Program-made: the position numbers and the translations under genes
Notes under the pieces: model-generated
Seen by the model: only the letters and a program-made list of their open reading frames with translations
What the model was told of the DNA's origin: nothing
The model's database searches: none
Shown here: positions 29,717-42,000 of the stretch, one piece after another
How the letters are laid out: each line of letters opens with the position of its first letter
How positions within the stretch are numbered: position 1 is the stretch's first letter
Origin: Candidatus Binatia bacterium
GTDB taxonomy: Bacteria; Desulfobacterota; Binatia; UBA9968; CAXXLF01
Reading direction: 5' to 3'
Assembly: GCA_963664015.2 (NCBI GenBank)
Contig: CAXXLF010000002.1
Span: 1,632,001-1,696,000 of the forward strand
Length of the DNA stretch: 64,000 bases

Positions 29717-31579
29717 TCAACCCACCTTGGCCGCCTCATAGGTCGGCCGGACTTGCTGGCCCTTCAATGCCCAGTATTTCTCGATCAGCGCCTTCGCCAC
29801 CGGCGCAGCATCCGATCCGTGCCCACCATGCTCCAGTAAGACAACAACCACGATCTCCGGTCGCCCCACCGGGGCATAACCAACAAACCAGGCATGGTCC
29901 CGAACGGAATAGGGGAGGTCCTCGCTCTTGACGACTGCTCCTAACATTGCTGCAACCTGGGCCGTCCCGGTTTTTCCCGCAATCTGGATCAGCGACGATT
30001 GTGCCTTGATTCCTGTTCCCTCGTCACTATGAACCACATCTCTCAGTGCTCGATTCAAAACCGACAACGTCTTCTTCTGAATTGCCAGAGTGCCGATTTT
30101 CTCGGGCCCGTACTCTCGGATCAGCCTGCCGTCGAGAGATTCGATCTTACGTACAAACCAGGGCTGATTGAGGGTTCCCTTGTTGGCGATGGCTGCCATC
30201 AGGTTGGCGATTTGGACTGGTGTCACCGAAACGTAGCCCTGCCCGATGGCTACCGAGGGGGTTTCCCCGGGGTACCAGGGCTCTCCAAACCGTCTCTTCT
30301 TCCAACGGGAGTCGGGGATGAGACCGGCCTTTTCACCTTCCAAGGCAACACCGGTTTTTTTACCCAGTCCCAGCATGCGCGCATACCGGGCTATACGGTC
30401 GACTCCGAGCTGCTGTCCGATTTGATAGAAATAGACATCGCAGGACTCGACCAGTGCCTTGTGTAGATTGACCTCGCCATGGCCGGCGGCTTTCCAATCA
30501 CGAAAGACTCGGCCCCCAACGTCTAGGGAGCCATGGCAGGGAATAGTGGATTCGGGTCCAACCACTTTTTCCTCCAGGGCGGCGAAAGCCAAGACAATCT
30601 TGAAAATCGAGCCGGGGGGATAGACTCCCTGAATGGCCTTATTGTGGAGCGGTTTTGCCTTATCCCGAATGAGACGGTTCCATTCGGCGGTGGTGATGCC
30701 TCGGGCGAAGGCGTTGGGGTTGAAGGATGGAGTACTGACGAGCGCGCGGATGGCACTGGTTTGGGCATCCAGGATGACCACTGCCCCTGCTTTTCCCTTA
30801 AGGGCCTGATAAGCACTGCCCTGCAGTTCCTGGTCGATCGTGAGGAATATGCTGTGGCCAGGGATGTCTTTTCTTTGATCAATAATTCTAATCTTACGCC
30901 CCTGGGCATCGACCTCAATCTGCTGCCCTCCGTTCCGTCCGCGAAGGTACTCCTCCCATGTCTTTTCGAGACCGAACTGCCCGATTTCGTCGCCCATCTT
31001 ATATCCCTCGTCGCGCAGAGTTTTCAGCTGTACGGGGCCGATTTCACCCAGGTATCCAAGGAGATGGGCCGTTACCGATTGGCTCAAATAGTTACGCCTG
31101 GGACGAATTCTTAGCGACACCCCTGGGAGATCCATCTCATGGGTTTCCACCAGCACAACCGAGCGCCAATCGATGTCCTGCTTCAGTGTCACCTCTCTGA
31201 ACGGCCGGCGACGGCTATTTCTTCCCAATTCGGCGAGGAATTTTTGTTTGGGCACTTTGAGCAGACCGGCCAAGTAAGTCAGGGTCTCTCGCGGCTTTTT
31301 CGCATCCTCGGGCACGAACAGGAGGTCGAAGGAGGGCCTGCTATCCACTAGAAGCCTTCCTTGTTGGTCAAAAATCATTCCCCGAATCCCTGGGATTGTT
31401 TTGATTCGAATCCGGTTGTTTTTGGACAAGTCTGTAAATCGCTCTCCCTCGAGAATCTGCAGCACCCAAAGGCGCACCGCAATGAGAAAGAATACAGCCA
31501 CGACCCCAAGCATGAGCCGACGGGTACGCAAACGAAAAATCGGGTCTATGTCTGCCCTGGGCGAAGGAGGGAAGTTCAT
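29717..31579 (-). CDS. mrdA: Penicillin-binding protein 2
   Basis: SxxK (GSIFK), SCD, KTGTAQ; position in mre operon. Confidence 0.95.
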   Translation of the reverse strand: MNFPPSPRADIDPIFRLRTRRLMLGVVAVFFLIAVRLWVLQILEGERFTDLSKNNRIRIKTIPGIRGMIFDQQGRLLVDSRPSFDLLFVPEDAKKPRETLTYLAGLLKVPKQKFLAELGRNSRRRPFREVTLKQDIDWRSVVLVETHEMDLPGVSLRIRPRRNYLSQSVTAHLLGYLGEIGPVQLKTLRDEGYKMGDEIGQFGLEKTWEEYLRGRNGGQQIEVDAQGRKIRIIDQRKDIPGHSIFLTIDQELQGSAYQALKGKAGAVVILDAQTSAIRALVSTPSFNPNAFARGITTAEWNRLIRDKAKPLHNKAIQGVYPPGSIFKIVLAFAALEEKVVGPESTIPCHGSLDVGGRVFRDWKAAGHGEVNLHKALVESCDVYFYQIGQQLGVDRIARYARMLGLGKKTGVALEGEKAGLIPDSRWKKRRFGEPWYPGETPSVAIGQGYVSVTPVQIANLMAAIANKGTLNQPWFVRKIESLDGRLIREYGPEKIGTLAIQKKTLSVLNRALRDVVHSDEGTGIKAQSSLIQIAGKTGTAQVAAMLGAVVKSEDLPYSVRDHAWFVGYAPVGRPEIVVVVLLEHGGHGSDAAPVAKALIEKYWALKGQQVRPTYEAAKVG

Positions 31580-31587
31580 TGCTTCAC

Positions 31588-32091
31588 CTAGGAGACATTT
31601 CGAAGCGGCGCCAATCGATTCTCGGCCCAGCTTAGGAGAAAAAATATAACGGGAGCCAAAAAGGCTACCGATAGGGCCTCAAGAAAGATATATCTCAAGG
31701 CGCCTGACCACGCGTTTTGCGTGGTCAGGAAAATACTCCAAAGGATGACGATAGCACTCACTTTGACCCAGGAAGCTAAAAAGACGAGAGTAGCGGTAAA
31801 CAATGGGCTACGGATCCAGATATGGCGCGAGCTCAGATGCACAGAGAGAAACACCAGGGACAGGGCGAATGCGTTCACCCCAAGAATGGGACTGGAAAAA
31901 ACATCAACCGTGTAGCCCATGAAAAAGGCTCCGATTGCAGTGCTGACGGAGGGCCGACTGAGCGCCCAATAAACGCAGATGACCAGTGTCAAATCGGGCA
32001 CAACGGGACCTAAAGGCAGGAGGTGCAGGAGCGTGGTTTGCAGAAGTACACTGAGAAAAGCAACAAACAAAAACAGTACGAACAGTTTCAT
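31588..32091 (-). CDS. mreD: Rod shape-determining protein MreD
   Basis: Hydrophobic, PDL motif, G...D.FS..LG; between mreC and mrdA. Confidence 0.88.
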   Translation of the reverse strand: MKLFVLFLFVAFLSVLLQTTLLHLLPLGPVVPDLTLVICVYWALSRPSVSTAIGAFFMGYTVDVFSSPILGVNAFALSLVFLSVHLSSRHIWIRSPLFTATLVFLASWVKVSAIVILWSIFLTTQNAWSGALRYIFLEALSVAFLAPVIFFLLSWAENRLAPLRNVS

Positions 32092-32131
32092 CTAAGGCTC
32101 AATGAAAGCAGAAACCGGACCTGAGATCCTG

Positions 32132-32965
32132 TTAACCTTTTGTGGAATCATACTTCGCGGATACCACCAGGACCTCTTCGATTCGTGAGGGATCGATGGC
32201 CAGTTGCACCCCGACATCCTGGAAGAGGCCGTAATTTTTCTTTTGTACCCTGCTGACCTGGCCGACCAGCAGCCCCTTGGGGAATATCCCATCCAATCCT
32301 GAGGTTACCAATCGATCACCTTCATGAATTTCCTCATTCCTTGTGATGTACTTCATGACCGGGTCTTGCTCCAGAGAACCAGAAACGATTCCCCGGGCCC
32401 GAGTTCGCTGCACGATCACATCGACGCCGCTATTGTGGTCCGTCAAAAGTAAAACTTTCGCACTACTAGATGACACAGCCAGGACCTGCCCCACGATGCC
32501 ACCGGCAGAGACAACGGCCATTCCTTTACGAACTCCTGAATCAGATCCCTTGTTGATCGTTAAGCTTCGAGACCAGGTGCTAGCGCTGTTACCGATAACG
32601 GCAGCTGCAATGGCCTTTCGGAAGCCGCGCCCCTGGACGTTGAGTAAACTTTTCAGTCGAAAGTTTGTCGCTTTGGCTTCCCGAAGGCCTTCCATTTCCT
32701 GATGTAGCTCCTGGATTTGGTCTTTGAGCTGTTGGTTTTCGAGCCAAAGGCTGTCTAAAGTCCTAAAGCCATGCTGGATATCCTGCACCCCATTGGCCAC
32801 AGATGTCAGAGCCCTCTGGAAAGGCCGCATCGACTCCAGGAGAAGAGGGCCAATGGGATCTCTCTTTAAGTAGCCAGTAGCCACGGAACCGACGATAGAG
32901 ACGGAGACCAACAGGCAAAAGAACGAACTAAAGACAACCTGATGACTGCGAAAGAATGCGATCAC
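32132..32965 (-). CDS. mreC: Rod shape-determining protein MreC
   Basis: Coiled coil, INKGS..GV, TSGLDGIFPKGLLVG. Confidence 0.93.
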   Translation of the reverse strand: MIAFFRSHQVVFSSFFCLLVSVSIVGSVATGYLKRDPIGPLLLESMRPFQRALTSVANGVQDIQHGFRTLDSLWLENQQLKDQIQELHQEMEGLREAKATNFRLKSLLNVQGRGFRKAIAAAVIGNSASTWSRSLTINKGSDSGVRKGMAVVSAGGIVGQVLAVSSSSAKVLLLTDHNSGVDVIVQRTRARGIVSGSLEQDPVMKYITRNEEIHEGDRLVTSGLDGIFPKGLLVGQVSRVQKKNYGLFQDVGVQLAIDPSRIEEVLVVSAKYDSTKG

Positions 32966-33012
32966 GGATAGTTCTAATTTTTCTAATGTGGACCACTGGC
33001 GCCAGTTCGGGG

Positions 33013-34113
<1,101 letters not shown>

Positions 34114-34249
34114 TCAAGATAATGTATTATTTTGCTAAATTTCACCTGGGCCGCATATCCAGAGAAAGGGGGACCTCAGCGGTCCGCCATATCAATCTTA
34201 ACTCGTTCTTTGACTATGATGACGACCCATGATTTGCCTGGCCGGTCCT

Positions 34250-34450
34250 ACCGTACCGGGATTTTTATGGTAGAATAAAGTTTTCATGGGTTTACGCCCG
34301 TAGTATTCTTTTCTTCTTCGGCGGAATGCGCCGAAGCTGCCGACTACAGTCGGAGGGTTCGTCCATCGCATTCATCTATAGTCTTATGCGAAGGCGGAAA
34401 AACGGGTCGTCGGTGGTTACTTTAATTTCCTTCAATTCGATTGGTACCTT
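34250..34450. ncRNA. Candidate structured RNA (long irregular hairpin) between mreB and mlaC
   Basis: Nested complementary blocks around loop 34346-34347: CCGACT/AGTCGG, GAATGCG/CGCATTC, CCCGT/ACGGG, TAAAGT/ACTTTA, GTACC/GGTAC; family not recognised. Confidence 0.25.
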
Positions 34451-34496
34451 CGAACTCAGGTTGACACGTATGAACTTCGCTGATATACGCCCATCT

Positions 34497-35096
34497 GTGA
34501 AGCTTCTAACAACTGATTGGATTTCACTCACCATTTTTCTGTTCCTTTCACTACCCTATACGGTACACGCCGGAGGACCCACGGAGAGAATTCGTGTCGC
34601 TATCCACGAGGGGATTCAAGTTCTCAAACGGTCCAACAACGGAGGCAGAGTTGGGAGGCAGGAAACCGTCGAGCAGCTTAGGAAGATCGTTTATCCGCTT
34701 TTCGACTTTACCGATATGGCCAAGCGCTCCCTGGGTTCCCACTGGCGCCGGCGTACGCCGGAGGAGAAGCGGGAGTTTGTAAGCCTCTTCACCAATCTCT
34801 TGGAAATCAGCTATGCGGATCGAATCGATCAGTATAACGGTCAGACGGTGACGTTTACCCGCGAAGATGTCGACAATGATTACGCCATGGTCGAATCTAA
34901 GATTATAAATCCGAAAAATGAGAAATTCACAGTCGGTTACAAGCTCTCGCGTCGAGATGGCGACAGTTGGAAGATTTACGACGTCGTCGTAGAAAATATA
35001 AGTCTGGTGAATAACTACCGCTCTCAATTTCATCGCGTCATCGCCAATTCCTCTTTTTTAGATCTCATTGCCAAGATGAGAAAGAAGACCCAATAG
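34497..35096 (+). CDS. mlaC: MlaC/Ttg2D family phospholipid-binding periplasmic protein
   Basis: GTG start gives a signal peptide ending VHA; FDFTDMAKRSLG.HW, WKIYDVVVENISLVNNYRSQF. Confidence 0.88.
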   Translation: MKLLTTDWISLTIFLFLSLPYTVHAGGPTERIRVAIHEGIQVLKRSNNGGRVGRQETVEQLRKIVYPLFDFTDMAKRSLGSHWRRRTPEEKREFVSLFTNLLEISYADRIDQYNGQTVTFTREDVDNDYAMVESKIINPKNEKFTVGYKLSRRDGDSWKIYDVVVENISLVNNYRSQFHRVIANSSFLDLIAKMRKKTQ

Positions 35097-35106
35097 GGAA
35101 GTCCCC

Positions 35107-36309
35107 ATGGGCACTCGAATGAGCCGGGAAACTCTAAATCTGGTTCGTCTCTATGCACTTTCGCTTGTCATGAGCTTCGGGGTTGGAATGGTCTTTCCGA
35201 CCATCCCGGCACTGGCACAGTCCTTTGATGTTTCTCCCGGGCTTGCAGCACAATTTGTCACTGCACAGGCATTGGGAAGGGCGTTTTCTCTACTTCCCGG
35301 TGGGATCATCGTAGATCGTCTGGGCAGGCGGTTCGCAATGATTCTTGGGCCGGCCCTTGTCACCGTCGGTGCCTCCATCACCGCTGTCACTCCCTACTTC
35401 AGCCTGCTCCTGCTGGCCCAGTTCTTAGCCGGTGCCGGTGACAGTATCTGGATGATCGGCCGAGAGGTGTCGGGCATCGAGCTGACGCGGTCGGACCAGC
35501 GCGGTCGCGTCATGAGCGGTTTCATGGGCATCTCCTCAGCGGGTAACGCCATTGGCCCCGTCGCAGGCGGCGTCCTGACCGACTGGTTCGATTTTCGGGT
35601 CGTATTCTTTGCATACGCCTCCATGGCACTCATCGTGCTCCTTGTGTCTGCGGCGACCGCCAAAAAAGAAACCATCCATCGATCTCCAAAGGCTTCCGTA
35701 TTCCAGTTCGGCAAGATAAACGAAATTGATCCGTATTACCGCAGGACGTATTTGGTGCTAGTCTTCGCGACCTTTTGCATGATGCTTTACCGTACGACTC
35801 TAAACAGCATGCTGCCCCTTTATGTTGGAACCCATCTAGGTTATTCCACCACGCAGGTGGGAACGCTCTTCGGCGTCGCCGGGATCTTTGTTCTGATCAT
35901 GATCATTCCCGCAGGGATCATCACCGATACCATCGGGCGAAAGGCGGCCAGTGTTCCAAGCACAGCCCTCCCTGCGCTGGCTTTTGCCGCCTTTCCCTTT
36001 GTCGAAAGCATGTTCCCCCTGGCGTTACTCGCCGCTTTGATCGGGGCGGCGAATGGGCTTTCTCTCGGCTCCGTTGCCACCTCGACTTATGACATTATTC
36101 CGGAGGGTAAACGGGGCCATTTTCAGGGTCTTAGACGGACCATCGGCGAGTTGGGGGGTATCACCGGACCTATGCTGGGTGGGATTATCGCCAATAAACT
36201 GAACCCAGGTATGACCTTCCTTATCTATTCTCCCATGCTATTCCTCGCTGCCGGGTTTCTGGCCTTTGCGTCGCGTGAAACGCTACCCTCAAAGCGCCCG
36301 GCGAATTGA
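35107..36309 (+). CDS. MFS transporter
   Basis: GIIVDRLGRR, GIITDTIGRK, about 12 TM segments. Confidence 0.9.
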   Translation: MGTRMSRETLNLVRLYALSLVMSFGVGMVFPTIPALAQSFDVSPGLAAQFVTAQALGRAFSLLPGGIIVDRLGRRFAMILGPALVTVGASITAVTPYFSLLLLAQFLAGAGDSIWMIGREVSGIELTRSDQRGRVMSGFMGISSAGNAIGPVAGGVLTDWFDFRVVFFAYASMALIVLLVSAATAKKETIHRSPKASVFQFGKINEIDPYYRRTYLVLVFATFCMMLYRTTLNSMLPLYVGTHLGYSTTQVGTLFGVAGIFVLIMIIPAGIITDTIGRKAASVPSTALPALAFAAFPFVESMFPLALLAALIGAANGLSLGSVATSTYDIIPEGKRGHFQGLRRTIGELGGITGPMLGGIIANKLNPGMTFLIYSPMLFLAAGFLAFASRETLPSKRPAN

Positions 36310-36596
36310 ACTTACCGGGTGAGCGCCTGCCGCTTCCAAGACGACAATCCTCCAAGTGGGCAAGTCGGTTAATTTCCTCAATCGTTGATTACTTCCAATA
36401 GATAGATCTAGTGGCCAGTTGCCTTAAGAATATCCATGGGGATCATCCCAAAGGACACAGGGGATTATTTTTCCTGGTATGTTTATTTTGGATCGGGGTA
36501 TACTCGTACCTCCGGTCAGCTGGAGATGTGCCACATGGGCAACTCGCGCTTATCTAGATCGTGACCGAATCCTGTTCAGTCCATAGGAGGCACCAG

Positions 36597-37088
36597 GTGA
36601 AAGCCATCAACATCTTTGTCATGAGTTTAGCCCTCGCGCTGGTAGCAACCGCTTATTTCCAGGGAGGGAATCGACTCGAAGCAGGCTTCGCCGCAGCAGC
36701 TAAAATGTTTGTTTCCATACTCCCCGCATTGCTATGCGCCTTCCTGATTGCCGGATTCATGCGTGTTCTGTTACCCGAGACTGTAATTCAGAATTGGTTG
36801 GGTAAGGAGGCGGGATTCAAGGGTATCTTCGTCGGTTATATTGCCGGGGCACTGACCTTTGGTGGACCCTTTATAAGTTTCCCCCTCGCCGCGTCGCTCT
36901 ATTCAGGGGGCGCAAGCGTGGCAACGGTAACAGCCTACATCACCTCTTGGGCATTGTGGGGTGGGGGGATCGTATTTTATGAGCTTGCCATACTGGGCCC
37001 ACGGCTATTTACCATCCGCATCGTCTCGAGCCTCATCTTTCCCTTGGTGGCTGCTCTGACCGCCGGCTATCTATCCAAAGCGACCTGA
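36597..37088 (+). CDS. Small permease (DUF318/ArsP-like)
   Basis: AGGAGG RBS and GTG; NWLGKEAGFKG...GALTFGGPFISFPLAASL. Confidence 0.7.
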   Translation: MKAINIFVMSLALALVATAYFQGGNRLEAGFAAAAKMFVSILPALLCAFLIAGFMRVLLPETVIQNWLGKEAGFKGIFVGYIAGALTFGGPFISFPLAASLYSGGASVATVTAYITSWALWGGGIVFYELAILGPRLFTIRIVSSLIFPLVAALTAGYLSKAT

Positions 37089-37152
37089 AGTCGATTCGGC
37101 TGCCTATAGGATTCGAAGAAATTAGTTATCGCTGTCCAGCAAGCACGGTGGC

Positions 37153-37206
37153 TTGACATGCGCCCTCCAAAGACTAAAATAGACAATGACCGGTCAGTCG
37201 GTCATT
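37153..37206 (+). promoter_or_regulatory. Sigma70 promoter and TetR-type operator
   Basis: TTGACA 37153-37158, 16-nt spacer, TAAAAT 37175-37180; AATGACCG-N6-CGGTCATT at 37185-37206. Confidence 0.75.
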
Positions 37207-37235
37207 ATTAGAATACCACTAAAGAATGGGTATAT

Positions 37236-37838
37236 ATGTCTATTATCGTTGATAAAACAAAGAAACGGGTGGCTATCCTAAAAGCGGCGATGGTGGTTTT
37301 TTCCCGGGACGGATACCACCGGGCCAGGATAGAGGAGGTCGCCAAGGAGGCGGGTATCGGTAAAGGAACTGTCTACGAATACTTTCGTAGCAAGACCGAT
37401 CTCTTTCTGGACCTGCACGAACACATGGTCTCCGAACTGAAAGGCTTCTACCTAAAGGAACTCGCAGAAGTCCGGGAGCCGGATCTTCTATTGGAGCGTT
37501 TCATCAAGGTTGCCTTCGAAACCTTCCGCCTCTGGGAACCTTTCTTCCTCATCTTTTTTGATTTTTGGTCACAAGGGGGCCGGGGTGAGCATCAGGAACT
37601 CTTCCAGACACGTCTCAAGCAGGCCTACTCGCTTTCCCGCGAAGAAGTTGCCACCATAATTTCGGCCGGAGTCACCGCTGGGTCCTTCCGGCCGGTTGAC
37701 CCTCTGCTTACCTCGTCCCGTATTCTGGCCTGTCTGGACGGATTGGTCGTCCAATGGCTCTGCGACCGACAGGCCTTTGATCTGGATCGGATGCGAGATG
37801 AGCTGACGACCAGTGTCCTGAGGAGTTTACGTCCATGA
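37236..37838 (+). CDS. TetR/AcrR family transcriptional regulator
   Basis: HTH IEEVAKEAGIGKGTVYEYFRSK. Confidence 0.93.
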   Translation: MSIIVDKTKKRVAILKAAMVVFSRDGYHRARIEEVAKEAGIGKGTVYEYFRSKTDLFLDLHEHMVSELKGFYLKELAEVREPDLLLERFIKVAFETFRLWEPFFLIFFDFWSQGGRGEHQELFQTRLKQAYSLSREEVATIISAGVTAGSFRPVDPLLTSSRILACLDGLVVQWLCDRQAFDLDRMRDELTTSVLRSLRP

Positions 37839-39088
37839 GCCCGCGTAGAATCTCCCTTTACATCATTATGGGACTGGTCTTCAGCACAACGCTGATCGTC
37901 TATTTCATCCAGGCGGTGTCCGAACCTACCCAGCCCGAATCCGTACCGGTGCCGGTGCCGGTGGAGGTCGCCGCCATCAAGCCTACGCCTTTCACCTACA
38001 ACCTGGAAGCATTGGGAAGCCTTGCCCCTCTACGTGAGGCTGAGGTCAGTTCGCAAATTAGCGGTCCGATAATACAAGTTCCAGCGAATGTGGAATTAGG
38101 TGCCGCGGTGAAGCAAGGGGAGGTACTGGCAGAGATTGATCCGACCCCGTTTCGTATCGAAGTCACCTACCGGGAAGCGCAGGTCGCCAGGGCCAAGGCC
38201 GGGGTGCATGCGCGTGAAATCGAGATCGCCCGCCAGAGGTCCCTGATCCCCATCAACCTTGAGATGCTCCGCCTTGCTCAGGCAGAGCAGAATCGTTTGA
38301 AGGATCTACTCAAAAGAGAATTGATTGCACAGCAGGATCTCGAACGAACCGAACTTGCGATGCACAGGATAGAAGAGGTGCTGAACCGCACGGAAAGTGG
38401 GCTCCAGGAGGCCAAGGTCCAGCTCACCGTTGCCCAGGCCGAGCTGGCATCGGCTGAAGCCGAGTTGGCACGGGCAAAGAATTCTCTAGAACACACCCAG
38501 GTAAGAGCCCCCTTTGCAGGCGTGATCTCGGAAAAGCTGCTGAGACTGGGAGAGCAGGTCTCCCCCGGCAAAGTCCTCATACGATTGGCCGACCTGAGCG
38601 TGGTGAAACTCCTGATACGAGTCCCTCCGAACGACATCGACTTTCTACGTAATGACATGACAGCTGAAGTCCGCGTCGATGGGTCCTCCAAGCCGTTCAA
38701 TGGGAAGGTCGCCTACATCGGTCCCAGGGCGGACGATAAGACCAGAAGTTTCCCGGTGGAGATCCTGATCGAGAATCAGGGACCCGTGCAGCTTCTACCG
38801 GGGATGTTCGGACGGGCCAGTATGCCCGTGCATACCTACCCGGAAGCCATTCTGGTTCCTAGAGCCAGCGTCCTGACTCCCAGCGGTGATCCGATCGTTT
38901 ATGTCGTGGATGCCGATCGCAGGATAGCGCTACACAAACCCATCACCATTGGCCGGACCTTTGGTTCGCGGCACCTGGTCACAGACGGCCTTAAAACCGG
39001 AGATCTGCTCGTAGTGAGCGGGCACCCCCTACTCCGGAATAAGGCGGCGATCCGTATCGTGGGTGAGAGAGAACTCCAACAACCATGA
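37835..39088 (+). CDS. RND efflux membrane fusion protein
   Basis: N-terminal TM anchor, lipoyl-like halves (VKQGEVLAEID, VRAPFAGVI), long coiled coil, LLPGMFG. Confidence 0.9.
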   Translation: MSPRRISLYIIMGLVFSTTLIVYFIQAVSEPTQPESVPVPVPVEVAAIKPTPFTYNLEALGSLAPLREAEVSSQISGPIIQVPANVELGAAVKQGEVLAEIDPTPFRIEVTYREAQVARAKAGVHAREIEIARQRSLIPINLEMLRLAQAEQNRLKDLLKRELIAQQDLERTELAMHRIEEVLNRTESGLQEAKVQLTVAQAELASAEAELARAKNSLEHTQVRAPFAGVISEKLLRLGEQVSPGKVLIRLADLSVVKLLIRVPPNDIDFLRNDMTAEVRVDGSSKPFNGKVAYIGPRADDKTRSFPVEILIENQGPVQLLPGMFGRASMPVHTYPEAILVPRASVLTPSGDPIVYVVDADRRIALHKPITIGRTFGSRHLVTDGLKTGDLLVVSGHPLLRNKAAIRIVGERELQQP

Positions 39089-42000
39089 AGGGACTGGCCG
39101 AATTCTCAGTTAATAACCGGGTCATCGTGAATCTGCTGACCCTGCTTGTCATTGGCGCGGGGACATTGGCCTATTTCAGGATGCCTCGCGAGATGTTTCC
39201 CGAGTTTTCCCGGCAGGCTGTTCGAATCGTTACCGAATACAGAGGTGCCTCTCCAGAGGAGATGGAGCAACTCATTACTGCCAAGATCGAAGAAGAAGTC
39301 GCGCAGATCGACCACCTGGAGGAGTTACTGTCGGTTTCCCAAGAAGGCCGTTCCGAGATCCTGGTTAAGTTTCAACCGGATACGGCAATGAGCCAGGCCT
39401 TGAGTGACGTCCGTGGCGCCCTCGACAACGTCACCGAGCTACCAGACGAGGCCGAGAAACCCCGGGTCGGTGAGGTCAAATCCAGTTTCCCAGTGATGAC
39501 CGTCTCTCTGGCAGGAGACATCGACGAAGCGACCCTAAGGGACCTTGCCAAGGACCTACGAGACGACCTGCGACGGCTTCCCGGGGTAGGTGCCGTGCGT
39601 ATGCTGGGAATCCGCGAGCGGCAGATGTGGGTTGAGGTCGATCCGCAGCGTTTAGATCAGTATGGATTGAGCCTGGAGGATCTCAGGGTGGCCATTGCCA
39701 GCCACAACCGAAACGTACCGGGAGGCACGCTGAAGACCGCCCGCGGAGAAATCATCCTGAGAACTTTAGGCGAGGCCGAGGGAGTCCGCGACGTCGAGAG
39801 GGTAATCCTAAGGACCCAAGCGACCGGTTATCCCCTTACCGTCGGGGATGTAGCAAGGGTTCGGGAAACTTTCCAGGACGCCACAACCATGGGCCGATTT
39901 AAAGGTCAGCCGGCCATCAACCTGGTTGTAGTCAAGGAGCGGCAGGGCGATGCCATTGATATATCCGCACGGGTTCGAAACCTAGTCGAGGAACTTCGTC
40001 CACGCTTGCCGGAGACCGTGACCCTCGGCGTCTACAACGATTTTTCGATCTTTATCCGAAACCGGATCAATACCCTGCGCTGGAGTGGCGTGATCGGACT
40101 GCTTATCGTACTAGCAACCCTCTGGATTTTTGTGCGCACGCGAATTGCCTTGTTAACTGGCCTAGGAATTCCCTTCGCCATGCTGGGAGCCATCCTCTTA
40201 ATGTCCCTCTATGGGATCAGCATCAACATGATATCCCTCTTTAGTCTCATTCTAGTCCTCGGCCTACTGGTGGACGACGCCGTCATCGTGACCGAGAACG
40301 TCTATCGTTACGTGGAGGACGGGATGGACCCGCACCAAGCCGCTATCCGCGGAACATCGGAAGTGACATGGCCGGTAGTGGCCACCGTGCTCACTACGGT
40401 CTCCGCCTTTATCCCACTGGCGCTTCTCCCCGGTACTATGGGGGTCTTTCTGGGCCCTATTCCTCTGGTCGTGAGCTTTGCCTTGATAGCCTCCCTGTTT
40501 GAGGTCCTTCTGATCCTACCCTCGCACCTGAGCGATCTGATCACATCGGGCTACGCCCGCAAGGTCCGGCTCAAGGAACAGGCCTGGTTGACATGGATGC
40601 GTAAGACCTATGGTTCCATTCTTGCGCGGGCACTACGGTGGCGTTATGTAACAACGGTCCTTCTGCTCTGTATCACTATAGCCTTGATCGCCACAGCCTT
40701 TCACCGGATTCCTTTTGTCCTGTTCCGCGAGTTCGAATCCCCGCAGTTTTTCATCAATTTCGAAACCTCCACTGCGGCAAAAATCGAGGATACCCTGGAG
40801 GTGGCCAAGAAGGCGGAACAAGTCGTGCTCCGGTTACCGCGTAGTGAACTGAAATCGCTGGCAACCAACGTCGGGGTCACCTTTCTTGACGTACATCGGG
40901 CTGAACGGGGGCCCAATCAAGCTCAGCTAGTGGTAGAGTTGGAAGACGAGCGGCAACGCACCACGGAAGAAGTTATTGCCGAACTCCGCGAAGGCCTGGC
41001 CAAGATCCCGGGGATTACGAAGATCCAATTCCTCAAGCTCCAGGGCGGTCCCGTCGGTCCCGCCATTGAGACCCGTGTTGTCGGCGAAGAGATGAGTGTA
41101 CTGCGCAAGATATCGGAGATTCTAAAGAGCTTCCTGGAAAGGACTGCGGGCGTCCGTGACGTACGCGATGATTACACCGAGGGAAAGGAAGAGCTACAGA
41201 TCACCCTTCGGCCCGAGGCACGGGTGCTGGGGCTTGACTTGGGCGAGATCGCCCGTCAGGTGCAGCAGGGATTTCTCGGCGTGGAAGCCTCCACCATACA
41301 GCGACGTGACGAGGATGTGCCCATCCTGATCCGTTTTTCCGAGGCAGCACGAAGTAGTCTAGAGACCGTAGCCAACATGAAGCTCACCCTGGCCTCGGGG
41401 CAACGCGTCTTTCTTCGCGATGTTGCAATTTTGGATTCCGCAGTCGGCGCCAGTAAAATCCGCAGGGACGATCAGAAGCGGGCCATTACGGTCCTCGCCG
41501 ACGTGGACAATCGAAAGACCACTGTCTTTCAGGTTACCGAGCGACTGAAAAAGAGGTTCCGGGACATCGAGGCGCAGTTTCCCGGCTACCGTGTGATCGT
41601 CAAGGGGGAGAGGCAAGAGTTCGAGGAGTCAATCGCTTCATTGCCGCATATCTCGCTAATAGCCCTGTTTTTAATATATTTTATCCTTGGGTCTCTCTTC
41701 AAATCCTTCGTTCAGCCGCTGATCGTAATGGCCGCAATACCTTTTGCCGTGGACGGCGTGGTCATCGGCCATCTCATCATGGGAGAGCCGCTAAGTTTTC
41801 TCTCCATCATGGGCTTGATCGCCCTGGCAGGGGTGGTTGTCAATGATTCGCTGATACTGGTGGACTTCATTAACCGCTCCCGGAGCGAAGGGATGCCTAG
41901 AGACCAGGCGATTTTAACTTCCGGGATCGCCCGTCTGAGACCGATCCTACTCACGACGGTTACAACCGTGGGGGGACTCATCCCACTGGCATTTTTCTCC

